Positions 44,345 through 52,877 of a stretch of DNA of 64,000 bases are shown here, one piece after another. The number at the start of each line of letters is the position of its first letter. Within the stretch, counting starts at the first letter, position 1. The position numbers were made by a program, and so were the translations under genes. Below the pieces are notes generated by a model. That model was not told the DNA's origin. It did no database searches and was given only the letters and a program-made list of their open reading frames with translations. The stretch is from an uncultured bacterium (GTDB lineage: Bacteria; Cyanobacteriota; Vampirovibrionia; Gastranaerophilales; Gastranaerophilaceae), in assembly GCA_905215335.1 (NCBI GenBank), contig CAJMPQ010000001.1, forward strand, positions 157,383 to 221,382, in the 5' to 3' direction.

Positions 44345-45598
44345 ATGCAAGAAATAAAATGCCCAAAATGCGGCGGAATTTTTCAAGTTGATGAAGCTGG
44401 ATATGCTGCAATTGTAAAACAAGTAAGAGATAAAGAATTTACACAAGAAATTCAAAGCCGCGAATCTCAATTCGAACAAGATAAGGCAAATGCTGTTCAA
44501 TTAGCTAAACTAGATACTCAAAAACAATATGACGAAATTCTGAAACAAAAAGAACTTCTTATTGCTGAACTAAAATCAGAAAAAGAAAAAGAAATTTCAG
44601 AATTAAAAAATAAACTAAATTCTTTTGATAAAGATAAAGAGCTGGAAATCAATAAACTCGTTAATAATATGAATTTGGAACTTACAAACAAAAATAACCA
44701 AATTGATAAGTTACTTGGAGAAAAAGAATTATCAGAAAAAGAATTTCAACTAAAAGAACAAAATATTAAAAATACATATGAAACAGAATTAAAATATAAA
44801 GATGAAGAAATTTCTCGTCTAAAGGATTATAAATTAAAACTTTCAACAAAGATGGTTGGTGAAAGCCTTGAACAACATTGTGAAATAGAATTCAACAGAC
44901 TCCGCGCTACAGGTTTTCAAAAAGCATATTTTGATAAAGATAATGATGCAAAAAGCGGTAGTAAAGGAGATTATATTTACAGAGATTATGACCAAAATGG
45001 TGGGGAATTCATTTCCATAATGTTCGAAATGAAAAACGAAATGGATACAACTTCTACCAAAAAGAAAAACTCTGATTTCTTAAAAGAATTAGACAAAGAC
45101 CGTAGAGAAAAAAATTGTGAATATGCAGTTTTAGTTTCATTACTTGAACCAGAAAATGAACTTTATAACACAGGTATAGTGGATATGTCTCACTGCTACC
45201 CTAAAATGTATGTTGTAAGACCTCAATTTTTCATTCCAATTATCACACTTTTAAGAAATGCTGCACTAAATTCCCTTGAATATAGAAATGAACTTGCAAT
45301 AATTAAAGCTCAAAACATTGATGTTTCAAACTTTGAAGCAGAAATGAATGATTTTAAAGAAAAATTTTCAAGGAATTTCAGACTTGCAAGTGAAAAATTC
45401 CATAAAGCAATTGATGAGATTGATAAAACAATTGAACATCTTCAAAAAACAAAAGAAGCATTATTATCGTCAGAAAACAACTTGCGCCTGGCAAATAATA
45501 AAGCTGAAGATTTAAGTATTAAAAGATTAACTAAAAACAATCCGACAATGGAAGCTAAATTCGCAGAATTAAAATCTGCAAATAAACAAGATAATTAA
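44345..45598 (+). CDS. DUF2130-family protein (zinc ribbon, coiled coil, putative PD-(D/E)xK nuclease-like C-terminus)
   Basis: [32 protein letters not shown] is the DUF2130 N-terminal pattern. A long coiled coil follows, then GDYIY...[11 protein letters not shown] (D...ExK). AAGGAG SD. Confidence 0.7.
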   Translation: MQEIKCPKCGGIFQVDEAGYAAIVKQVRDKEFTQEIQSRESQFEQDKANAVQLAKLDTQKQYDEILKQKELLIAELKSEKEKEISELKNKLNSFDKDKELEINKLVNNMNLELTNKNNQIDKLLGEKELSEKEFQLKEQNIKNTYETELKYKDEEISRLKDYKLKLSTKMVGESLEQHCEIEFNRLRATGFQKAYFDKDNDAKSGSKGDYIYRDYDQNGGEFISIMFEMKNEMDTTSTKKKNSDFLKELDKDRREKNCEYAVLVSLLEPENELYNTGIVDMSHCYPKMYVVRPQFFIPIITLLRNAALNSLEYRNELAIIKAQNIDVSNFEAEMNDFKEKFSRNFRLASEKFHKAIDEIDKTIEHLQKTKEALLSSENNLRLANNKAEDLSIKRLTKNNPTMEAKFAELKSANKQDN

Positions 45599-45614
45599 CA
45601 ATCTGACTTAAGCT

Positions 45615-45651
45615 AAAAAAAAACTCTTCATATTACTATGAAGAGTTTTTT
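45615..45651. terminator. Bidirectional rho-independent terminator
   Basis: AAAAAAAAACTCTTCATA-ttac-TATGAAGAGTTTTTT, between convergent genes ending at 45598 (+) and 45669 (-). Confidence 0.85.
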
Positions 45652-45668
45652 ATCAATCTTATATTCAA

Positions 45669-46589
45669 TTAAGCTACTTCATTTACTGAATTTTCAGATT
45701 TTGCATTAGTAAAATCACTAATTTTGTAATCATGGTGACTAAAACGTTGCATTTGAGGTTCTACGCATTTTTTAATGATAACTTTTTCTGTAAATACATC
45801 AATTGGTTTTACAGTCAATAATAGTAATGCAAATGAACCTAAAGATTTCCAAGCTTTAAGCTTAAATATACGTTTATCAATTGTTTTCTTTAAAGCTTCT
45901 GAATCATTACAAGTTTCAAGAAGATTTTTAAATTCTTTTTTAGCAAAATCTTTCAATCTATCTTGATTAGAATTAGCAATTGCACCGTGCTTACAATTAC
46001 CTAGGATTTTATCATACACTTTTACAAATATATTTTTGCCTTCATAATTCTTTCTTCTATCATCCAAGAAAATGTTAAGGTTATTCTCAAATTTTTCAAA
46101 CATTTCTTCTCTATTTAACGAAGGATTAAATAAATCATGTTCTGCGGCATGATTTTTTATATATCTAAATGTTTGTTCTTTAGCATTAGTTGATAACTTT
46201 TCACCTTTATACTTATCAATTTGAGAAAATGCACTTTGACCGGCATGACCAAAAACTGTTGGTAAAATTATACTGGCAAATGCTTGGAACACTGCTTGAG
46301 AAAATGCTCTTTGCGCATTTGGATCATATTGATTACCTTTGTTTTTGTATTTATCATAAACATCCGCGCCAAAATACATTAAAGCAGGAACCCAAAATAA
46401 AGTAGCTGCAGTTGGTGCAATTTCGTTTATCGCAACACCAATATCATTAGTATAACCTAAACCTCTCATTGGCCAATTTGCCAACGGATCTACATACTTC
46501 TTTTCTTTTTTCTTTTTTCTTGCATCAAAGTTCACATCTTGTTCTTGTCCGGTGAAACTTCTTGTCATCGTAATTGAGTTAATTTTCAT
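45669..46589 (-). CDS. Hypothetical protein with an MTP18/MTFP1-like (mitochondrial fission process protein 1-like) N-terminal domain and the leader-like motif
   Basis: 306 aa. MKINSITMTRSFTGQ..., then RGLGYTNDIGVAINEIAPTAATLFWVPALMYFGADVYDKYKNKG and AVFQAFASIILPT. Compare, from my recollection, human MTFP1 RYLGYANEVGEAFRSLVPAAVVWLSYGVASSYVLADAIDKGKKAG and FVWQALASVAIPG. Confidence 0.45.
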   Translation of the reverse strand: MKINSITMTRSFTGQEQDVNFDARKKKKEKKYVDPLANWPMRGLGYTNDIGVAINEIAPTAATLFWVPALMYFGADVYDKYKNKGNQYDPNAQRAFSQAVFQAFASIILPTVFGHAGQSAFSQIDKYKGEKLSTNAKEQTFRYIKNHAAEHDLFNPSLNREEMFEKFENNLNIFLDDRRKNYEGKNIFVKVYDKILGNCKHGAIANSNQDRLKDFAKKEFKNLLETCNDSEALKKTIDKRIFKLKAWKSLGSFALLLLTVKPIDVFTEKVIIKKCVEPQMQRFSHHDYKISDFTNAKSENSVNEVA

Positions 46590-46740
46590 TTATTCTCCCA
46601 AGCCAATTTATAGGTAATATGCTATTTATAAATCCTTGTCATTCAGATTTGATGGACTTTTATATTATATTAAACAGTATAAAAACTCAACAAAATATTT
46701 TTTGCTGTAACAAAATGTTATAAAATATCAATATATCTAA

Positions 46741-47718
46741 TTATTTTAAATATTTAGTAAGCAATAACTTTCTCAAAGCCTTTGCATTGACACTATCTGG
46801 GGCAATTTCCAGTAATTCATCAAGCTTTTGTAACGATTCTTTAAAGTTACCTAATTTTTTCTGAATTACAGCAATTGTATAATATGCATCAATAAATTTT
46901 GGATCTAATTTAATAGCTTTTTCTAAATCTTTTATTGCATCTTTCAATTCTTTTTCTTCAGAATTTTCTTTTGAAATAATCAATTGAGCTCTATTAAAAT
47001 AAGCATCTATGGTATTTTCATCAATTTCTATAGCTAAAGTATAATCTTTAGCAGCCAATTCAAAATTACCTTCCACGTGTTCTAATATTCCTCTAAACAA
47101 ATACACAGGAGCATAATCAGGTTTTAATTCAATTGATTTATTATAAGCTTCTTTGGCCTCTTTGTACTTACCCAAACGAGCTTCTGCCATACCTAGATTA
47201 AAATAAAATTTATAACTGTTTGTTTGCTCTTCACTAGCTTTTACCAAATCTTCAAACTCTTTTTTGCCTTCTAACTCAGCTAAGAGTTGAGTTCTATTAT
47301 CTGATGCTATCTTTAATTTTGGATTTAATAAAAGAGCTTTATCATAGTCATTCAAAGCTTTTTCATATTCTTTTTGTTGATAATAAGAGTACCCTCTATT
47401 GTTGTAAGCTAAAGCACAAGTAGAATCAATTTCAATAGCTTTATTATAATTTTCAATAGCTTTATCTAATTGACCCGCTTCATCTTGAGCATTAGCTAAA
47501 TTAATTGTCGCATCAAGATTATTTGGATTTGCTAGAACAGCTTTTTCATAATTTTTTATTCTTTCATCAACCTCTAAAGAAGCTAAACCAAGATACATAT
47601 AATATTCATCCTTGGTTCCAACTCTTTTTAAATCATTTCTTATAAGTTTTCTAGCTTTAATATAATCTTTTGCAGCCAAATATTCATCAATTTTTTTAAT
47701 AGTAGAGTACTTACTCAC
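46741..47718 (-). CDS. Tetratricopeptide (TPR) repeat protein
   Basis: 325 aa of repeated 34-aa units (AxxxYxxAIxLxPxxxxAYxNRG-like). GTG start with AAGGAG 7 nt upstream. Confidence 0.85.
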   Translation of the reverse strand: MSKYSTIKKIDEYLAAKDYIKARKLIRNDLKRVGTKDEYYMYLGLASLEVDERIKNYEKAVLANPNNLDATINLANAQDEAGQLDKAIENYNKAIEIDSTCALAYNNRGYSYYQQKEYEKALNDYDKALLLNPKLKIASDNRTQLLAELEGKKEFEDLVKASEEQTNSYKFYFNLGMAEARLGKYKEAKEAYNKSIELKPDYAPVYLFRGILEHVEGNFELAAKDYTLAIEIDENTIDAYFNRAQLIISKENSEEKELKDAIKDLEKAIKLDPKFIDAYYTIAVIQKKLGNFKESLQKLDELLEIAPDSVNAKALRKLLLTKYLK

Positions 47719-47769
47719 TTTAATTCTCCTTAGATAAAATTCATTCTTATTATAGTTTTATCATAAAAA

Positions 47770-48252
47770 CTAAGAATTACTAAGGCATCCTGAATCTTCC
47801 AAAAGATTTTCACCATTTGCAGACTCAACAGCCATCTGATCACATCTTTCGTTAAATTCATGCCCGTTGTGACCTTTAACCCAAATAAATTTTACATTAT
47901 GAGGTTCTTTTGCTTTCAAAAGTCGTTTCCATAAATCTTGGTTTTTAACAGGTTGTTTATTTGAACCTTTCCAACCTCTTTTAATCCAACCATCAACCCA
48001 TTTTTGATTAAACGCATCTACCAAATATTTAGAATCAGATGTTAATTCAACATCACACGGTTTTTTTAAAGCCTCTAAGCCGACAATTGCAGCTAACAAT
48101 TCCATTCTATTATTAGTTGTAACTTTAAAACCTTGAGTAAGTTCTTTTTTATGTACAACACCATTATCATCTTCTGCAATTAATATAGTTCCATAACCAC
48201 CTTTACCAGGGTTACCGCTGCACGCACCATCAGTATATATTTTTATTAACAT
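47770..48252 (-). CDS. rnhA: Ribonuclease HI
   Basis: IKIYTDGACSGNPGKGGYG...TNNRMEL.A...L.......V.L.SDS.Y......W...W.......K.V.N.DLW.......H.V.F.WVKGH.GH..NE.CD..A. Confidence 0.93.
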   Translation of the reverse strand: MLIKIYTDGACSGNPGKGGYGTILIAEDDNGVVHKKELTQGFKVTTNNRMELLAAIVGLEALKKPCDVELTSDSKYLVDAFNQKWVDGWIKRGWKGSNKQPVKNQDLWKRLLKAKEPHNVKFIWVKGHNGHEFNERCDQMAVESANGENLLEDSGCLSNS

Positions 48253-48274
48253 TATATTTTCTCCGTTTAAAAAC

Positions 48275-50278
48275 TTACTCTTCTGTTATATCCCAGACTT
48301 CCAAAACTTCATCCGGAATATTATCCAAAAATCTTGAAGGTTTTGATAACACCATATTCATTGAATAATCATACATATCAACAGGATAAGTTATGTATAA
48401 ATTATTTTTTGCACGAGTTGTTGCAACGTACATCAAACGCAACTCTTCATCCATTTCTTCCTCAGAATTGAATGAATAAGCACTCGGAAATCTTCCATCA
48501 ACAGCTCCAATGATAAATACACTATCCCATTCCAAACCTTTTGCTGAGTGAATAGTTGAAATTGTCAACGCTTCGTCATCAGAATTATTTTTATACATCC
48601 CCTCAACACTAGCTTCGGGAGGCTCCAAAGCTAAATCACTCAAGAAATCTTCCAAATTTGAATACTGAGTTGCTAAATATTCAAAATGATCTAAATCTTT
48701 TTCTCTTTTTGAAAAATCATCGTATTTATCTTTTAAAATTGGACGATAATATCTGACAATTTCTTCCACAACTTCTGACGGTTTCTTTTTAGGTAAAGAT
48801 GCTCTAACCTTTTCTAAAGTCATAAGTAATGGAGATAAACTAGACATTTTATTTGACGGTAACAATTTCACATCAGGATTTAAGTTACCTTTTAAAACAG
48901 GCATAATATTATTTACGGTTGAAGCTCCAATACCTTTCAACAACAATAATATCCTATTAAAACTAATAATATCATCCGGATTTAATATAACTCTTAAATG
49001 AGCTACAATATCTTTAATATGAGCAGTTTCCATAAATTTTGGCCCGCCAAATTTTTGATAAGGAATTGCTCTTTTAGAAAGTTCTATTTCCAAATTAAAA
49101 GACATTCTAGCATTTCTTGTTAAAACACAAATATCTGATAAGCTTACATCTTCATCCAACAATTCTAAAATTCTTTGACAAATAAAATCAGCTTCCATCT
49201 GAGTATCTTTAGCACAAATCAATGCAGGCACCTGCGGAGAAACAATATCTGAAAATAGTTTTTTAGTATATTTTTCTTGTGCTCTATCAATAATAGTATT
49301 TGCTAATTTTAAAATATTTTGAGTACTTCTATAATTTTGTTCCAATTTTATAATTTTTGTATTTTCAAACAACTTAGGAAAATCCAAAATATTTCTGTAA
49401 TTTGCACCTCTAAATGAATAAATACTTTGAGCATCATCTCCAACTGCCATAATATTATTATGTTCTGAAGCTAAAAGCTTTATTACATCAGCTTGTAAAG
49501 TATTTGTATCTTGGTATTCATCTACCATAATATATTTATATTCGTTTGATAAATTTTTTCTAATTTGTTCGTTATTTTCTAAAAGTAATTTGACATATAA
49601 AAGTAAATCATCATAATCTAAAACTGAATTCTCTCTTTTATAGCAAACATAAGCCTTATGAACCTCAATAATTTTATCTGTACAATGTGCAAATTGAGGA
49701 AATTCTTCTTCAATAATAATTTTTGTTGGTGTAACTTTATTTACACTTTTAGAATACATATCAAGGATAGTAGATTTTTTAGGAAAACGTTTTTCTTTCT
49801 TAGGAAACATCTTTCCAACAATGTGATTAATAATATCTTCACAGTCCGCTCTATCCATTATTGTAAAATTATTTTTCAATCCCAAAAATTTTGAATATTT
49901 ACGCAAGATTATATTGGCAAAAGAGTGAAATGTTCCTCCCGCAACTTTTTCACATCTGCTATCCAAAACTAATGTCGCTCTAGACAACATTTCTGCCGCA
50001 GCCTTTTTGGTAAACGTAAGAAGCAATATATTTTCAGGCTTAATTCCATCCTCAATTAAACGAGCAACACGATAAGTTAGAGTTTTTGTTTTTCCAGAAC
50101 CTGCTCCGGCTATAACCAAAATAGGACCTTCCTTAGATTTTACAGCCTCTAATTGAGCTTCGTTCAAATCCTGCTCATAATTAACTTTATAATTTGTAAT
50201 AGCAGAAGCACGTTTTTTGAGCACGTATTTTTTACGCGCTGGTTTTGTTTCATTTAATGTTACAATCTCTTCTGCCAT
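48275..50278 (-). CDS. ATP-dependent DNA helicase, UvrD/PcrA/Rep family
   Basis: LNEAQLEAV....GPILVIAGAGSGKTKTLTYRVA (motif I), IMVDEYQDTN (motif II), NYRSTQNIL, TIHSAKGLEWD, YVATTRAK. 667 aa. Confidence 0.92.
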   Translation of the reverse strand: MAEEIVTLNETKPARKKYVLKKRASAITNYKVNYEQDLNEAQLEAVKSKEGPILVIAGAGSGKTKTLTYRVARLIEDGIKPENILLLTFTKKAAAEMLSRATLVLDSRCEKVAGGTFHSFANIILRKYSKFLGLKNNFTIMDRADCEDIINHIVGKMFPKKEKRFPKKSTILDMYSKSVNKVTPTKIIIEEEFPQFAHCTDKIIEVHKAYVCYKRENSVLDYDDLLLYVKLLLENNEQIRKNLSNEYKYIMVDEYQDTNTLQADVIKLLASEHNNIMAVGDDAQSIYSFRGANYRNILDFPKLFENTKIIKLEQNYRSTQNILKLANTIIDRAQEKYTKKLFSDIVSPQVPALICAKDTQMEADFICQRILELLDEDVSLSDICVLTRNARMSFNLEIELSKRAIPYQKFGGPKFMETAHIKDIVAHLRVILNPDDIISFNRILLLLKGIGASTVNNIMPVLKGNLNPDVKLLPSNKMSSLSPLLMTLEKVRASLPKKKPSEVVEEIVRYYRPILKDKYDDFSKREKDLDHFEYLATQYSNLEDFLSDLALEPPEASVEGMYKNNSDDEALTISTIHSAKGLEWDSVFIIGAVDGRFPSAYSFNSEEEMDEELRLMYVATTRAKNNLYITYPVDMYDYSMNMVLSKPSRFLDNIPDEVLEVWDITEE

Positions 50279-50442
50279 CCCTATATCCTTCTTTAGCTTA
50301 TTATATGCCAGTTTCTAAGTCTTTTTCAATATTTTTTTTGTAAAGTTTTAATAAGTCGCAACTAAAAATTTCTAAATTTTTCAAAACTTTATCCGAATAC
50401 AAATATGTGTGTGTATGAAAATAAAAGAGAGAATGTAAAAAC

Positions 50443-50985
50443 ATGAAAAAAATTTTACTACTATTTTGTTTAGTTGTATTGTATATTTTTTCTTTCAGTA
50501 GTATGGCCCAAGCAATTTCCAGAAAACTTGCAAATCCAAACTACATAAAAACATACATTCAACCAAACCACAAAAATACTGTAATGATGAAACACGCATT
50601 TGCAGAATGGAGTAGATTGACAAATAACAAATTTGTTTTCCATTATGTAACATCCCCACGTGTCGCCAAAATTGATGTTTATTTTGTAAAAAAAATAGAT
50701 ACCGGTAATAACGAGGGTTTAGATCGAGCAATAGGTTTAACCAGAGGCCTAGGTACTAATACTAGAATAGCTCATGCGACTATTTATATAGCAGATTATA
50801 CACAAGATGGAAGAACTTTGAGTAGAGATGAAGTTTATACTGTTATGCTACACGAAATTGGACACGCTATAGGACTTGAACATTCAAATGACCCGGAAAG
50901 TGTAATGTTCCCTGGGGTAAATGTAATTCAAGAAATTGCAAAAAAAGATTTACTAAATTTAAAGAAACTATATGGATGGAATTAA
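50443..50985 (+). CDS. Secreted matrixin-like (peptidase M10 family) zinc metalloprotease, paralog 1
   Basis: Signal peptide MKKILLLFCLVVLYIFSFSSMAQA. Zinc motif HEIGHAIGLEH plus Met-turn SVMFP. 180 aa. Confidence 0.8.
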   Translation: MKKILLLFCLVVLYIFSFSSMAQAISRKLANPNYIKTYIQPNHKNTVMMKHAFAEWSRLTNNKFVFHYVTSPRVAKIDVYFVKKIDTGNNEGLDRAIGLTRGLGTNTRIAHATIYIADYTQDGRTLSRDEVYTVMLHEIGHAIGLEHSNDPESVMFPGVNVIQEIAKKDLLNLKKLYGWN

Positions 50986-50986
50986 A

Positions 50987-51535
50987 ATGAAAAAATTTGC
51001 AATCATTATATTAGTAATATTTATTAGCTTAATTTTAACACCAAATAAGGTTTTTGCAGGACAAAAATATTGGAGAAATCCAAAAAATTTAAAAACATAT
51101 ATTCAACCTGGATATGGTCGTTCAGAATTAATAAAAAAAGCATTCCGAGCTTGGTCAGTTGCGACTAAAGATAAAGTGATTTTTTACTACGTTAATAACC
51201 CACAAGACGCGCAAATTGAAGTATCATTTGGCGAAAAAATTAAAGGAACCAACAATCCGGGAACAGCAGGTTTAACCCGCACAAGATCACTTGGAAATGA
51301 AATGGTACACGCAGAAATTTTAATTCCTGTAAAAACATCAAGTGGAGTAGAGTTACCACAAGAAATGGTTTACATATCAATGCTACATGAAATAGGACAC
51401 GCACTAGGTATCATCAATCATTCAACTAATCCACAAAATTTAATGTATCCTTCAACTAGTAAGGCTGACAAAAAAATCACAAAATACGATCTTGCTGAAC
51501 TTTATAGAATTTATGGCTGGCAACACGATTTCTAA
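50987..51535 (+). CDS. Secreted matrixin-like zinc metalloprotease, paralog 2
   Basis: ATG 50987 lies 1 nt after the paralog 1 stop; the track start at 50972 is inside paralog 1. Signal peptide MKKFAIIILVIFISLILTPNKVFA. HEIGHALGIINH has a one-residue longer spacing to the third His. Met-turn NLMYP. Confidence 0.8.
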   Translation: MKKFAIIILVIFISLILTPNKVFAGQKYWRNPKNLKTYIQPGYGRSELIKKAFRAWSVATKDKVIFYYVNNPQDAQIEVSFGEKIKGTNNPGTAGLTRTRSLGNEMVHAEILIPVKTSSGVELPQEMVYISMLHEIGHALGIINHSTNPQNLMYPSTSKADKKITKYDLAELYRIYGWQHDF

Positions 51536-51550
51536 TAATTGAACCCAGTA

Positions 51551-52138
51551 CTATCTTCTATCTAACAATGACCAATCATATAACATAAATAAATCTTTAA
51601 TATCCATTTTTTTGATATCTTGAGATTCATCAATTGGAACATGCATGATACTTGAAGGTTTACCTTGCTTATCTTTTAACCCCAAAGCATGACCAACTTC
51701 ATGTACCATTGTTGTATAAATATAATTATTAGAGTATTTATTTATTTTTGAATTTTTTGTAGCAAATCTTACTTCCGCTTTTGTTATCGCATTTTCCTTT
51801 ATTTGCAATATACATTCACCTAACGGACCATCTGCACCACTAACCTTTTCCAAAAATACAACATCAATATCTGCAGGTCCCTTACTCACGAAATTAAAAC
51901 GTATTTTACCTGAAGAAACACTTTGCCAATACTCAAAAGCTCTTCTAACACTACCAGATCTTGCGTCTTTTGGAATATAAACATTTATTGATGTTTTCCC
52001 CCAATGAGGTGCATTAGATATTTTACTTGTTCTTCTTTCTTGAAGTGAAGGGATAGTTGTTGAAGCTTGTGATGTATATACACAAGAACTTGTAATAACT
52101 AAACCTAAAAATAATCCTAATGCAATCTTTTTAAACAT
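51551..52138 (-). CDS. Secreted matrixin-like zinc metalloprotease, paralog 3
   Basis: Signal peptide MFKKIALGLFLGLVITSSCVYTSQA. HEVGHALGLKD has Asp where the third His normally sits. SIMHVP follows. 195 aa, convergent with paralog 2. Confidence 0.75.
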   Translation of the reverse strand: MFKKIALGLFLGLVITSSCVYTSQASTTIPSLQERRTSKISNAPHWGKTSINVYIPKDARSGSVRRAFEYWQSVSSGKIRFNFVSKGPADIDVVFLEKVSGADGPLGECILQIKENAITKAEVRFATKNSKINKYSNNYIYTTMVHEVGHALGLKDKQGKPSSIMHVPIDESQDIKKMDIKDLFMLYDWSLLDRR

Positions 52139-52251
52139 AATAAAATCCTCTTTTTCACCTAAATTATATTTTATTTATTTCAAAAATGCAAATTCTAACA
52201 GGTAACTTTATGATAATATATTTACAAATAAATCTGAGAGAGGGAAAAACC

Positions 52252-52809
52252 ATGAATGAAAGAGAAAAAATGATTAATGGCGAGATCTACCAACCTTTTT
52301 GCGAAGAACTTGAAAATGATAGATTTCGTGCAAAAAAACTTTGTATGGAATACAACAAATTACTTCCTGAACAAAAAGAAGAAAAACAAAAAATATTAAA
52401 AGAATTACTAGGTGATGCTGGAAACAACAGTACTATTGAACCAAATTTTTTCTGTGATTATGGATATAATATTGAATTAAAAGGATTTGTATATATAAAC
52501 CACAATAGTGTTTTTCTAGATTGTGCAAAAATTGAAATTGGTGAAGACACTTTTATCGGTCCAAATTGTGGATTTTATACAGCAATTCATCCAATAAATG
52601 CGGCAGATAGAATTAAAGGACTGGAATGGGCTAAACCAATCACCATAGGAAAAGGCGTATGGCTAGGTGGAAACGTAACAATATTACCTGGAGTAAAAAT
52701 TGGAGATAGAGCTGTAATAGGAGCAGGTTCTGTTGTTACTAAAGACATTCCATCAGATGTAGTCGCTGTTGGAAACCCTTGTAAAGTAATACGTAAAATA
52801 GAACAATAA
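52252..52809 (+). CDS. maa: Maltose/galactoside O-acetyltransferase (left-handed beta-helix, hexapeptide repeats)
   Basis: MNEREKMINGEIYQPFCEELENDRFRAKKLCMEYN (Mac N-terminal domain), then IGPNC.....H.......R..G.E.AKPI.IG..VW.GG.V.I.PGV.IGD..VIGAGSVVTKDIP...VAVGNPC+VIR. ATG 52252 has GAGGG upstream. Confidence 0.9.
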   Translation: MNEREKMINGEIYQPFCEELENDRFRAKKLCMEYNKLLPEQKEEKQKILKELLGDAGNNSTIEPNFFCDYGYNIELKGFVYINHNSVFLDCAKIEIGEDTFIGPNCGFYTAIHPINAADRIKGLEWAKPITIGKGVWLGGNVTILPGVKIGDRAVIGAGSVVTKDIPSDVVAVGNPCKVIRKIEQ

Positions 52810-52842
52810 GAAACAATTGTTCATAATATCTAAATTATTAGC

Positions 52843-52868
52843 AAAAAATCCCCTTGAGGGGATTTTTT
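52843..52868 (+). terminator. Rho-independent terminator of maa
   Basis: AAAAAATCCCC-ttga-GGGGATTTTTT. It overlaps the TTG start proposed by the track for the next ORF, which argues for the downstream ATG 52878. Confidence 0.85.
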
Positions 52869-52877
52869 CATTTTGCT

